Positions 1 to 8,979 of a DNA stretch of 64,000 bases are shown in pieces; position 1 is the stretch's first letter; every line of letters starts with the position of its first letter. The stretch is taken from positions 46,107 through 110,106 of the forward strand of contig CAZFBW010000003.1 of assembly GCA_964517625.1 (NCBI GenBank), read 5' to 3'. The stretch is from an uncultured Candidatus Saccharibacteria bacterium (GTDB lineage: Bacteria > Patescibacteriota > Minisyncoccia > Phycocordibacterales > UBA5272). A model generated the notes under the pieces. It ran no database searches, had not been told where the DNA came from, and saw nothing but the letters and a program-made list of their open reading frames with translations. Both the position numbers and the translations under genes were made by a program.

Positions 1-1
1 A

Positions 2-334
2 AAAGACATTAAAGTTGTCGTGCTTGTAGACGGAGGTTCGGCTTCGGCGTCTGAAATTTTAGCAGGAGCACTTAAGGATCATGGTGTCGCAAAAGTTGTT
101 GGTGTGAAGAGTTTTGGAAAGGGCTCTGTACAAGAAATGGTCAATTTTGAGGACGGATCAGCACTTAAAGTAACGATTGCAAAGTGGTATACACCAGCCG
201 GAGTTTCAATTTCACTTCATGGAATTACACCAGATGTTGAGGTACAAGTTGGAACAACAACCGTGAAGGATAAGAAAGGAAATGCTATCGATATGCAACT
301 AAAGAAAGCAATTGAAGTGGTGAAGAAGATGTAG
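2..334 (+). CDS. ctpA: S41 C-terminal processing peptidase, 3' part (runs off window start)
   Basis: [20 protein letters not shown] and GITPDVEV motifs of S41A peptidases. Confidence 0.92.
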   Translation, partial: KDIKVVVLVDGGSASASEILAGALKDHGVAKVVGVKSFGKGSVQEMVNFEDGSALKVTIAKWYTPAGVSISLHGITPDVEVQVGTTTVKDKKGNAIDMQLKKAIEVVKKM

Positions 335-363
335 ACAGTAGACACAAGATAACAGACAACAGA

Positions 364-387
364 AAAATGGCGCTCTAGCGCCATTTT
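364..387 (+). terminator. intrinsic terminator hairpin
   Basis: AAAATGGCGC-tcta-GCGCCATTTT. Confidence 0.7.
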
Positions 388-421
388 GTGTTTCTCTAAA
401 GTTTTTAGTAGTATAGAAGAT

Positions 422-865
422 ATGAAAGTCATCCTTCTTAAAGATATCGCGCGCCTTGGGCTTCGTGGACAGGTAAAAGAAGTAGCGGATAGCTACGCGG
501 TGAATGTGCTCATTCCAAAACAGCTTGTTGTTCAGGCTACGCCAGGGGAACTTGCAAAGTGGAAACAAAAGGAAGACCAGGCGTTGTTTAGGAAAGAATT
601 TGCATCAAATGTGTTTGTGCAATTGGTTGATGCGCTTCGTAAAACAATTGTTGAAATCGGCGGGCACAAACACGACGATAAGGGACAGTTGTTTGCACAA
701 GTAAAAGAAAGTGAGATTGCAGAGGCAATTTATAAAACAACCAAGTTGTCTATTGATCCAAAGCAAATTATCATTGAACACCCAATCAAGCATATTGGTG
801 AGCACATGATTACCTTAAAGCAAGGTGAACGTCACGAACGAGTTTCAATTTCAGTAGAAGGGTAG
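422..865 (+). CDS. rplI: 50S ribosomal protein L9
   Basis: MKVILLKDI..LG..GQVKEV N-terminus and PIKHIGEH C-domain; start reassigned to ATG 422. Confidence 0.93.
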   Translation: MKVILLKDIARLGLRGQVKEVADSYAVNVLIPKQLVVQATPGELAKWKQKEDQALFRKEFASNVFVQLVDALRKTIVEIGGHKHDDKGQLFAQVKESEIAEAIYKTTKLSIDPKQIIIEHPIKHIGEHMITLKQGERHERVSISVEG

Positions 866-880
866 GAGTATACAACCAGT

Positions 881-912
881 AAAAAATCTCTCGGGAGTCC
901 GAGAGATTTTTT
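881..912. terminator. bidirectional terminator between convergent rplI and rpmA
   Basis: AAAAAATCTCTCGG-gagt-CCGAGAGATTTTTT. Confidence 0.85.
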
Positions 913-921
913 ATTGCTGTC

Positions 922-1200
922 TTACTTTGGTAAAACGTTTGCAATTTTCTTTTTCTTTGTGGAACCGTCCAAGTGCTTCATGCGACGCTCTGAGAAAGAA
1001 ACAACACCATCTGCAAGCGCAAAGAGGGTGTGATCCTTACCAAGACCAACATTCTTTCCAGGAAGAATTTTGGTTCCGCGTTGACGCACAATGATGTTTC
1101 CTGCTACTGCAGTTTCTCCAGCATAAAGCTTGGTACCGAGGTACTTTGGCTTACTATCTGTTAGGTTTTTTGCCGAACCAGCGGCTTTTCTTGTTGCCAT
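922..1200 (-). CDS. rpmA: 50S ribosomal protein L27
   Basis: [42 protein letters not shown]. Confidence 0.97.
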   Translation of the reverse strand: MATRKAAGSAKNLTDSKPKYLGTKLYAGETAVAGNIIVRQRGTKILPGKNVGLGKDHTLFALADGVVSFSERRMKHLDGSTKKKKIANVLPK

Positions 1201-1223
1201 AGCGTATACTAAATAATGATTTT

Positions 1224-1562
1224 ATGGGGAACAGTATACAAGAATATTTGAAAAAAATCAATAGTAAGCTGTCTTTCTATGATTGCGCGTCTTTGGTGAT
1301 AACGGCAACCACTTTTATCGGTTTTGCTATATTTATTTGGATAATGACTGAAAAAGAGAAACTTCCAGTGGTGTATGTGGAAGCGAAAGGGAAACAAGAG
1401 CAGAATGACATTCGTCCATTTGGGAGTAAAAGCGGAGAAACCTATACATTTTCATGGTGTCAGGGTGCGGGGACAATTAAACCAAGCAATATGGTGTATT
1501 TTGCAAATGAAGAAGAAGCAGAGCGCCAGGGAAGAATACTTTCAAAATTGTGCCTGAAGTAA
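1224..1562 (+). CDS. membrane-anchored protein with Ada metal-binding-like domain
   Basis: one TM helix then GSKSGETY..SWC....IK..N.VYF..EEEA..G....K.C. Confidence 0.65.
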   Translation: MGNSIQEYLKKINSKLSFYDCASLVITATTFIGFAIFIWIMTEKEKLPVVYVEAKGKQEQNDIRPFGSKSGETYTFSWCQGAGTIKPSNMVYFANEEEAERQGRILSKLCLK

Positions 1563-1573
1563 CGTGTTGAAAT

Positions 1574-1689
1574 AAAAAAAAGGCCAACGCGGAGGGTCTT
1601 CATCACGCGCTGGCCAGAACATCATGGCAGTGGCTCCAGGGAGGTGAGAGCCATCGGCGGGGCCATGAAGAGAAGGCAAGATGCCCTCT
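1574..1689 (-). ncRNA. standalone ~115-nt sRNA candidate A with a CCUCCC (anti-SD-like) hairpin loop
   Basis: upstream TTGACA-17-TAGAGT; stems GAGGGCA/UGCCUUC, CAUGGC/GCCAUG, UGGCUC/GAGCCA; terminator GGCCAGCGCG/CGCGUUGGCC followed by a U-run. Confidence 0.65.
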
Positions 1690-1695
1690 TTGTAT

Positions 1696-1724
1696 ACTCT
1701 ATCATAATGTTTGTTAATTGTCAA
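1696..1724 (-). promoter_or_regulatory. sigma70 promoter of sRNA A
   Basis: TTGACA (1724-1719), 17 nt, TGa-TAGAGT (1701-1696). Confidence 0.7.
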
Positions 1725-1821
1725 GTTTTACAAGACACACCTCGTTGACTTTTTGTTGGAAAATAGTAGGGTGATATTAGTTGTTGTTTTTTTCACCCAC
1801 AAACCTAAAGAAAGGAAAATC

Positions 1822-2268
1822 ATGGACTTTATCCGACGAGTTCGAATCGAAATCGAAAGACTCAGGGTTGTGGAAGAATTCGTGAAGAATGGAGCTACTG
1901 TTATTGAATTTCCTGGCGATGGTTTTTTCGGTTTTTTTATGAACGCTACGACAAGTTACAGTTTGTCGTCGGCACATCTCGAAAACAAGAAACGTGACGT
2001 TGGGCTTTTTTTGTACAGCAAAAAAGTGAAAATTGGAGATACGATTGCAATCAGTGTTGCTCAGCATCCATTGACAGGGAAGCCAGGTTTTGTGACTGGA
2101 ACATTTCACAGTGTGCATTATATGCGTCACGGTGCACACGAAAATATTCCTTTTCTTAACATCGTTCCCGACGGTCTAACAAAGTATGGTCTGGAGAGAT
2201 CTAACCCTCATTCAGACGCCGTTGCTGTGGCCTTTGAGGACATTATTACCATCTTTGGGCACCGGTAA
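1822..2268 (+). CDS. hypothetical protein, possible SH3/Sm-like beta-barrel C-domain
   Basis: SD AAAGGA before ATG 1822, own terminator at ~2283-2310; KIGDTIAISV...VTGTFHSV...VAFEDIITI. Confidence 0.6.
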   Translation: MDFIRRVRIEIERLRVVEEFVKNGATVIEFPGDGFFGFFMNATTSYSLSSAHLENKKRDVGLFLYSKKVKIGDTIAISVAQHPLTGKPGFVTGTFHSVHYMRHGAHENIPFLNIVPDGLTKYGLERSNPHSDAVAVAFEDIITIFGHR

Positions 2269-2364
2269 AGAAAATCGTTCCAAGAAGCAGTGCTCGCACT
2301 GCTTCTTTTTTATATGTGGGTTATCCACTTTTTACAAGAGCTTGTCACCGTATACTGTATGTAT

Positions 2365-2430
2365 ATGGCAAAAGAAGAAAAATTTCATAGAAAAGAAAAG
2401 AAGAAACCAAAGAAGGCAAAGAGTGCGTAA
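2365..2430 (+). CDS. 21-aa lysine-rich microprotein MAKEEKFHRKEKKKPKKAKSA
   Basis: TATACT (2351-56) 8 nt before ATG, TAA at 2428-30, then terminator AAAAAATCCACCAA-agt-TTGGTGGATTTTTT. Confidence 0.6.
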   Translation: MAKEEKFHRKEKKKPKKAKSA

Positions 2431-2505
2431 TGTAAAAAATCCACCAAAGTTTGGTGGATTTTTTGTGGTAGGTCTTATTGTAGAGAATTTGCTACACTGT
2501 ACATC

Positions 2506-3102
2506 ATGAAACTCACTCCACGCTTACAACACGCACTTGAAGTTGCATCACGTCTTCACCGTAATCAAACACGAAGAGACAAAGAAAAGACGCCTTACGT
2601 GTCGCATTTGTATTCGGTCATGTTGTTGGTGGCTGAAGTGACCAATGATGAAGATACGCTCATTGGCGCGCTCATGCACGACTCTTTGGAAGATGTGCCT
2701 GATTTTACGGAAAAACAGCTTGCCGAAGAATTCGGCGACGAAGTGCTTGATATTGTCTCTCATGTGACAGAACCATATTTAGCTGGTGAAGAAATTTCAA
2801 AACAAATGCAATGGTTAGTGCGCAAAGAAGCATACTTGAAAAATGTGAGTGAAGGGGGTACAAAAAGCGCGATTATTTGTTGTGCGGATAAATTGCACAA
2901 TATTACAACACTTGTGCGCGATTATACAAACGAAGGGGAAGAATTTTTGAAACACTTTCATGGCAGTATGAAAAACCAATTGAATTTTTACAGTCTCGTG
3001 ATTGCGACACTACGCACCAAGTTGCCAAATGACAATACATTACTTGTTCGTTTGGAAAAAGTGTATGGAGAGGCATCGGAACTTTTTAAGAATCATGACT
3101 AA
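2506..3102 (+). CDS. HD-domain protein, small alarmone hydrolase (SpoT/Mesh1)-like
   Basis: H..Q.R....PYVSHL, ALMHDSLED, ADKLHN. Confidence 0.85.
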   Translation: MKLTPRLQHALEVASRLHRNQTRRDKEKTPYVSHLYSVMLLVAEVTNDEDTLIGALMHDSLEDVPDFTEKQLAEEFGDEVLDIVSHVTEPYLAGEEISKQMQWLVRKEAYLKNVSEGGTKSAIICCADKLHNITTLVRDYTNEGEEFLKHFHGSMKNQLNFYSLVIATLRTKLPNDNTLLVRLEKVYGEASELFKNHD

Positions 3103-6100
3103 AGTAAAACAAGTTGCGACATTTGAAGAAAGATACGAGGCGCTCAACAAAGAACAAAAGCGAGCGGTTGATACAACGGAAGGGCCGGTGATGGTTATCG
3201 CCGGACCCGGAACAGGAAAGACCGAGCTCATCTCGCTTCGTGTTGGCAAAATTTTAAAAAATGGCACCGCAAATGCAAACAGCATTCTTTGTTTAACATT
3301 TACGGAAACCGCAGCCACGAACATGCGCGATCGTTTGGAGAAGTTAATTGGGCCAGACGCATTTCGTGTGGCAATTTATACATTCCACGGTTTTTGTACG
3401 GAAGTGATGGGGAAGTATCCGGAGTATTTTTACAATGCATCCCGCATGCGCCCCGCAAGCGAGCTTGTGCAAAGCGAAATCCTGGAGTCTATCTTTGCGA
3501 GACTGCCTCACAAGCATCCGCTCGGCGCATACCATCCGGAGATGGGCTACAGTTATTTGAAAGAGGCACAATCAAAAATTAAAGATATTAAAAAAGGTGG
3601 ATTAACACCTGTACGATTTAAGGAGTTGATTGAGGAGAATAAAAAAACATTCATTGAGCTCAATACTATTGTTGCGGAATATGTTCCGGAGAGAATTGAT
3701 AAAGGATCATTTGTGGCGTTTGAATCACTTCACGCAAAACTTATTGCGGAAGGGACGCTTTTAGCTCGCGCTTTTGCTGGGACATTACGACTAGCACTTG
3801 AGAGTGCGGGCGAGGAAGGAAAAAATGCTCCACTCTCTGCATGGAAAGCAAAGTACACTGGAAAAGACGAAGACGGAAAGCGTGTTTGGAAAGATAGCTT
3901 GGCTACAGAGAAATTGCTCGCACTTGCGGATGTGTATCAGGCATACCAAAACGAACTCTACAAACGCGGGCACTTTGATTATGAAGATATGATTATTGAA
4001 GTTGTTGAAGCGCTGAAACACAACACAATTCTTAGAAGCGAACTTGAGGAACAGTACCAGTACATTATGGTGGATGAATTTCAGGATACGAACAATGCAC
4101 AGTTGTCGCTCGTAAAAGCAATTTCTTCAAGTGGTGTGCACGAAGGGCATCCAAATGTGTGCGTGGTGGGGGATGACGACCAAGCGGTGTACAAATTCCA
4201 AGGTGCAGAAATCTCCAACATTCTTTCTTTTGAGCGATTATATAAAGATGTGGCGAGAATTGTGTTGGTTGAAAATTATCGTTCAACGCAAGAGGTGTTA
4301 ACCTTTGCGCGCGCAATTGTGACGCAAGGCGTTGAACGACTTGAGCGTTTGGACAAAACAATTCGTAAAGACCTTGTTGCAAAAAACAAAGCACTCGCAC
4401 AAGGTGCTATCAGCATTCATGAATGTAATACAGAAGAAGATGAGTATGCTTTTGTTGCGGAGGAGGTAAAAAAGAAATTAGAAGAAGGTGAGAAAGCAAG
4501 TGAAATTGCAATCATCGCACGCGAGCATAAGCAACTACGCGCAATACTTCCTTACTTAGACGCACTTTCCATTCCGTATACCTATGTGCGCGAGGAAAAT
4601 GTGTTTGATGAACCACACGTGCGTGAGCTTATTATCTTGTGCCGTTTCTTGGGGTCCACGCTTGATGAACGATTTGGCGAAGAGGGATTACTGCCGGAGA
4701 TTCTCTCGTTTCCATTTTGGGAATTAGACAGAGCGTCTATTTGGGGAATTGCAGAAGAAGCACGCGCAAAGAATATTTCTTGGCTTTCTGCGATGAGGGG
4801 TTCTCATGATAAGCGTATTGTACACATTGCAGAATTTTTAATTGAGTTAGGTGTCTTGGCACAAACTGTCCCACTTGAAATAATCTTAGATACGTTGATT
4901 GGAGCAAGAGATATGCCACAAGTAACCGACGACGAACATGACGATATGTATGAAGGAAAAGAACACCTTGCGCTTGCAAGCAACTTCGTTTCGCCATACA
5001 AAGAGTTTTACTTTGGCAAAGAGGTGTATAAGAAAAACCCAAGCACATACATTAATTTCCTTTCGTCACTGTCTGTATTTGTGAAAGCGCTTCGTGAGTA
5101 TAAAGATGGAGAAATGTTGAAAGCATCCGATGTTGGCACCTTTGTAGACATGCACGTAGACTATCGTATTCCACTCATTAACAACACACCATTTGCTCAC
5201 AACGAAGACGCGGTTTCGCTCCTTACATCACATGGTGCTAAGGGTCTTGAATTTGCTTGTGTGTTTGTTATTTCGGCAAATGATGATATTTGGGCAGGGC
5301 GTGCAAAAGGAAACAAGCTTTCGTTTCCAGTAAATCTTCCACTTTCGCAAACACCAGATGACGAAGATGATTTTATCCGTCTTTTTTATGTGGCGCTTAC
5401 TCGTGCGCGCCACACCCTTTTCATCACGCACCACACAAGTCCGTTTCGATTCTTACTTCATGAAAACATTCCTGTTAAACCAGTGCAAACATCTGTGTCT
5501 CAATCGGAATTGCTTGCAACGGGGCTTAAGGTGTACCACGTCCCCCCATTTGCCCACAATGAAAAAGCGCTCCTTAAAAAATTGCTCGATGGGTATAAGT
5601 TATCGCCAACGCATTTGAATAATTTTCTAGATATTGTAAACGGTGGTCCAATGAAATTTTTAGAACAAAACCTACTTCGTTTCCCGCAAGCAAAAACAAA
5701 ATCAAGTGTGTATGGAACAGCAATTCACAAAGCACTAGAAGATTTGTATAAGCAAACGAAACAGGGAGGAAAAGTCCCGCCACTTTCGTTTGTGGTATCG
5801 TCGTTTGAAAAGGAACTTAAGCGTGGACGCTTGATTGATTACGAAGAAGAACAACAAAAAAAGCGTGGCGAAGACGTGCTTACTCGTTACTACAAAGAAC
5901 ATGCAAAGAATATTGATGCAAAAACAATCGTAGAACTTGATTTTTCTAAACAGGGAATAGTTATCGATGGTGCGAGTGTTACAGGAAAAATTGATAAGGT
6001 ACTAGAGAGAGAGGATGGCACGTGGAGTGTGGTTGATATAAAAACAGGCCGTGGATTGGATACATGGGACGAAAAGGGGACAGCATATGAAAAAATAAAA

Positions 6101-6409
6101 CTCCATAAGTACAAGCATCAGCTCATGATGTACAAGTTACTTGTTGAGCATGCGCGCGATTACAGTAAGCACATCGTTACAAACGGCACACTTGAATTTG
6201 TGGAGGAAGAGACTGACGGAAAAACAAAAACACTTAGTCTTTCGTTTGATACAAAAGAAATGAAAGAAGAGATGGAAGATTTTAGACGTCTACTTTCCGT
6301 TGTCTATGAAAAAATTATGAAGCTTGATTTTCCAGATGTGTCTATGTATCCGCAAAATGTGGATGGTATTATTGCTTTTGAAAAAGATTTGCTTGAAGGA
6401 AGAGTGTAG
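3095..6409 (+). CDS. UvrD/AddA-like SF1 helicase with C-terminal PD-(D/E)xK nuclease
   Basis: AGPGTGKT, VDEFQDTN, VGDDDQAVY, ENYRS, HGAKGLEF, RLFYVALTRA; GKIDKV..VVDIKTG; start reassigned to 3095. Confidence 0.92.
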   Translation: MTKVKQVATFEERYEALNKEQKRAVDTTEGPVMVIAGPGTGKTELISLRVGKILKNGTANANSILCLTFTETAATNMRDRLEKLIGPDAFRVAIYTFHGFCTEVMGKYPEYFYNASRMRPASELVQSEILESIFARLPHKHPLGAYHPEMGYSYLKEAQSKIKDIKKGGLTPVRFKELIEENKKTFIELNTIVAEYVPERIDKGSFVAFESLHAKLIAEGTLLARAFAGTLRLALESAGEEGKNAPLSAWKAKYTGKDEDGKRVWKDSLATEKLLALADVYQAYQNELYKRGHFDYEDMIIEVVEALKHNTILRSELEEQYQYIMVDEFQDTNNAQLSLVKAISSSGVHEGHPNVCVVGDDDQAVYKFQGAEISNILSFERLYKDVARIVLVENYRSTQEVLTFARAIVTQGVERLERLDKTIRKDLVAKNKALAQGAISIHECNTEEDEYAFVAEEVKKKLEEGEKASEIAIIAREHKQLRAILPYLDALSIPYTYVREENVFDEPHVRELIILCRFLGSTLDERFGEEGLLPEILSFPFWELDRASIWGIAEEARAKNISWLSAMRGSHDKRIVHIAEFLIELGVLAQTVPLEIILDTLIGARDMPQVTDDEHDDMYEGKEHLALASNFVSPYKEFYFGKEVYKKNPSTYINFLSSLSVFVKALREYKDGEMLKASDVGTFVDMHVDYRIPLINNTPFAHNEDAVSLLTSHGAKGLEFACVFVISANDDIWAGRAKGNKLSFPVNLPLSQTPDDEDDFIRLFYVALTRARHTLFITHHTSPFRFLLHENIPVKPVQTSVSQSELLATGLKVYHVPPFAHNEKALLKKLLDGYKLSPTHLNNFLDIVNGGPMKFLEQNLLRFPQAKTKSSVYGTAIHKALEDLYKQTKQGGKVPPLSFVVSSFEKELKRGRLIDYEEEQQKKRGEDVLTRYYKEHAKNIDAKTIVELDFSKQGIVIDGASVTGKIDKVLEREDGTWSVVDIKTGRGLDTWDEKGTAYEKIKLHKYKHQLMMYKLLVEHARDYSKHIVTNGTLEFVEEETDGKTKTLSLSFDTKEMKEEMEDFRRLLSVVYEKIMKLDFPDVSMYPQNVDGIIAFEKDLLEGRV

Positions 6410-6459
6410 AAAACAAAAAGTCGACCAAGGGTGTCTTGGTCGACCAGATTTTTTGTGTG

Positions 6460-6933
6460 TTACTTGAGAAGGTCGAATTCTGCGACCCCGAAAGGTCCCG
6501 ATATTTCACCTTCTTTTTCCCCGCGAAGATAGGCGACAAGGAATTTTCCAAATTCGTCTCTCTCGCTTTGAACCGAAGCTACCGTGTGCGGTTTCGTTTT
6601 CCCTTTGAAACAGACAGTGTCATTGTGCCTCAGGTCTCTGCGCACAACTTCGAACCAGGCGCTCGGGAATTCACCCAAGTGGCTGTATCCCTCCAATTTG
6701 AACATGAGAAGGTTGTGAACCTGGTCTTGTCGTGTGGAAGAGACAACGAACTCCTTGTCTCCAGCGAGAAGGACGCTATTGTCACCGTAATTGGTTGACA
6801 GGTTGTCGCGATTGTTCCACGTAACCCTGTCGAAGCGGACGATGTATCCCGCTACTACGTCGACATTTGCTTGTCCTGATGGACGCATTTCGAAGTCGCT
6901 ACCGCCAGGAAGTGGAACGCAGTGGTCTTTCAT
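6460..6933 (-). CDS. hypothetical protein, possible C-terminal SH3/KOW-like barrel
   Basis: SD AAAGGAG before ATG 6933; own TTGACG-16-TAGATT promoter at ~7005-7032. Confidence 0.6.
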   Translation of the reverse strand: MKDHCVPLPGGSDFEMRPSGQANVDVVAGYIVRFDRVTWNNRDNLSTNYGDNSVLLAGDKEFVVSSTRQDQVHNLLMFKLEGYSHLGEFPSAWFEVVRRDLRHNDTVCFKGKTKPHTVASVQSERDEFGKFLVAYLRGEKEGEISGPFGVAEFDLLK

Positions 6934-7038
6934 GCGGTACTCCTTTCTTGGTTGTTTGATGTACGAATTAAGGAAAAGCGTATAAAACGAGTACGTCTTC
7001 CTACAATCTACCACGAAACTACGTTTCGTCAATAAAAT

Positions 7039-7156
7039 AAAAAAGCTCTTCACCTGGTTGGCAAAGAGACAGTTTCAGTGAAATAACATTTCCACTAAGT
7101 GTTTCGGGATGTACGGGACCCGTCCCATCCTCGAAATACTTCCTGTGTGTGGTACT
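7039..7156 (-). ncRNA. standalone ~118-nt structured RNA candidate B (three-way junction plus terminator)
   Basis: TTGCTC-17-TACACT (7190-7162); stems ACAG/CUGU, AAGU.UUUCG.GGAUG/CAUCC.CGAAA.ACUU, AGUGGAAAU/AUUUCACU; terminator CUCUUUGCC/GGUGAAGAG plus U6. Confidence 0.6.
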
Positions 7157-7220
7157 CATACAGTGTATGTAAAACAAAACAAAAGAGCAAGCATTCTCTT
7201 AATGGTATACTTTTACAACT

Positions 7221-8069
7221 ATGCCGGATAAATATACAGCCGTATGGGTGTCGCACTCTTCAATGGGAGATTTTTTGAAGTGTCCACGATTGTACTATTT
7301 GCACAACATGTACAAAGACCCAGTAACGAAACGCAAGATAAATATTGTGAGCCCGGCACTTTCTCTTGGGGTGACGGTGCACCAAGTGCTTGAAGGGTTG
7401 GGAGAATATCCTGCAGAGGAACGAATGAAGCGAGATTTACTTTCAGATTTTGAAGATGCTTGGAAGAATGTATCCGGTGAAAAAGGAGGATTTCAAACTG
7501 AAGAAGAGGAAAATGAATATAAAGAACGGGGTATTGCGATGCTTAACAATGTAAAAAGCGACCCACGATTTTTGGTAAACAAAAGAATCAAACTTCCTCG
7601 TGGGGAGATGAATCCAAATTTTTATATAAGCGAGGAAGACAATATTATTTTAAATGGCCAAGTGGATTGGTTAGAGTATTTGCCGGACGACACACTCCAT
7701 ATTGTTGATTTTAAAACTGGGAAAAATGAGGAGACAGATGGTTCGCTTCAGCTACCGATTTACCTTCTCTTGTGTAATGCTCTTCAGAAGCGAAAAGTGT
7801 CACGTGCGTCGTATTGGTACCTAGAAACTGACAAACTTGTAGAAAAAGAATTGCCGGACTTGGAAACTGCGCGACGAGATGTCATGGAAGTTGCACTTCG
7901 TGTAAAAGAAGCCAGAGAAAAAGGTGAATTTGTGTGTCCAAAAGGTGAAGCAGGTTGTTTTGGGTGTCGACCGTTTGAAATGATTGTGAATAAAGACCCG
8001 AAAGCAAAACATGTTGGTGTCGGCGGATTCAATCAGGATATGTATATGATTAAAAATAGTGTAGAATAG
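7221..8069 (+). CDS. PD-(D/E)xK (RecB/Cas4-like) nuclease with probable Fe-S cysteines
   Basis: CPRLYY, GQVDWL..HIVDFKTG, QLPIY, C-terminal CP....CFGC. Confidence 0.85.
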   Translation: MPDKYTAVWVSHSSMGDFLKCPRLYYLHNMYKDPVTKRKINIVSPALSLGVTVHQVLEGLGEYPAEERMKRDLLSDFEDAWKNVSGEKGGFQTEEEENEYKERGIAMLNNVKSDPRFLVNKRIKLPRGEMNPNFYISEEDNIILNGQVDWLEYLPDDTLHIVDFKTGKNEETDGSLQLPIYLLLCNALQKRKVSRASYWYLETDKLVEKELPDLETARRDVMEVALRVKEAREKGEFVCPKGEAGCFGCRPFEMIVNKDPKAKHVGVGGFNQDMYMIKNSVE

Positions 8070-8076
8070 TTTGATC

Positions 8077-8301
8077 ATGCTTATCGATGTACGAAGCGAA
8101 GACGAATTTAATGCAGGACACAAAAAAGGTGCGGTAAATATTCCTGTGAATATTATTATGCAAGCGGCTATTCCTGTACCAAAAGATCATGCTATAGAAT
8201 TGTATTGTCGGTCTGGTAGTCGTGCGAAAATGGCGCAACTTATTTTAAAACATCGAGGGTTTACCAATGTTTCGCTTTTGGATGACACGGGGGCGCTATA
8301 A
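8077..8301 (+). CDS. single-domain rhodanese (sulfurtransferase)
   Basis: LIDVRSEDEF..GH..GAVNIP, YCRSGSRA. Confidence 0.9.
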   Translation: MLIDVRSEDEFNAGHKKGAVNIPVNIIMQAAIPVPKDHAIELYCRSGSRAKMAQLILKHRGFTNVSLLDDTGAL

Positions 8302-8391
8302 AAAGCGCTTGTGGGTTACTTTCTCTCTACGGCTTTTTATGGGTATATACTTAGATATGGTGAGTTTTACTTATTAGTTTAACTATATTGT

Positions 8392-8919
8392 ATGGAAATA
8401 CATCCATCGCATTCTAATGTTACGCGTTTCTTTTTTTATGACACAAGATCAGCATGGCTCTGGCTTGTGATGCGTGTTTGGCTTGGGTATGAATGGTTTA
8501 TTGCTGGTTGGGAAAAGGTTACCAATCCAGCTGGGGTCTGGGTCGGCGACAAAGCGGGTACAGCAATCACAGGGTTCTTAAAGGGAGCACTTGCAAAAAT
8601 GGGAGGAGAACATCCAAATGTGTCTGACACATACGGATGGTTTATAGAGCATGTTGCACTTCCGAATGCTACCGTGTTTTCATACATGGTTGCATATGGT
8701 GAAATACTCGTCGGACTTGGCCTTATTCTTGGTCTTGTTACTGGTGTTGCGGCATTCTTCGGCACCCTTATGAACTTCAACTTCTTGTTTGCTGGCACAG
8801 TAAGCTCGAATCCATATCTTCTTCTCGTTGGACTTATGATTATGCTCGGCTGGCGTGTGGCAGGATGGTGGGGATTGGACAGGTTTGCACTTCCAAAACT
8901 GAAAAAGTATATAGAGTAG
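8392..8919 (+). CDS. DoxX/DoxD family membrane protein
   Basis: RVWLGYEWFIAGWEK, YGEILVGLGLILG, MNFNFLFAGTVSSNP, GLD. Confidence 0.85.
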   Translation: MEIHPSHSNVTRFFFYDTRSAWLWLVMRVWLGYEWFIAGWEKVTNPAGVWVGDKAGTAITGFLKGALAKMGGEHPNVSDTYGWFIEHVALPNATVFSYMVAYGEILVGLGLILGLVTGVAAFFGTLMNFNFLFAGTVSSNPYLLLVGLMIMLGWRVAGWWGLDRFALPKLKKYIE

Positions 8920-8979
8920 TTAGTTTTGTAAAAAAAAGACCGCAACAGAGTTGCGGTTTTTTTGAATGACGCCGAAGCG

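Noticed and set aside
1621-1670. HDV-like/theta ribozyme in sRNA A
   Set aside because: The CCUCC loop is suggestive, but no GG for P1.1 follows the stem and no P2/J4-2 pattern could be built.
6436-6798. 120-aa plus-strand ORF
   Set aside because: It is antisense to 6460-6933, which has the SD and promoter.
7060-7165. Hammerhead ribozyme in RNA B
   Set aside because: GAAAC is present, but there is no correctly placed CUGANGA core.
7221-8069. Cas4-like nuclease as part of a CRISPR system
   Set aside because: There is no repeat-spacer array or other cas gene in the window; solo PD-(D/E)xK nucleases near UvrD are common.
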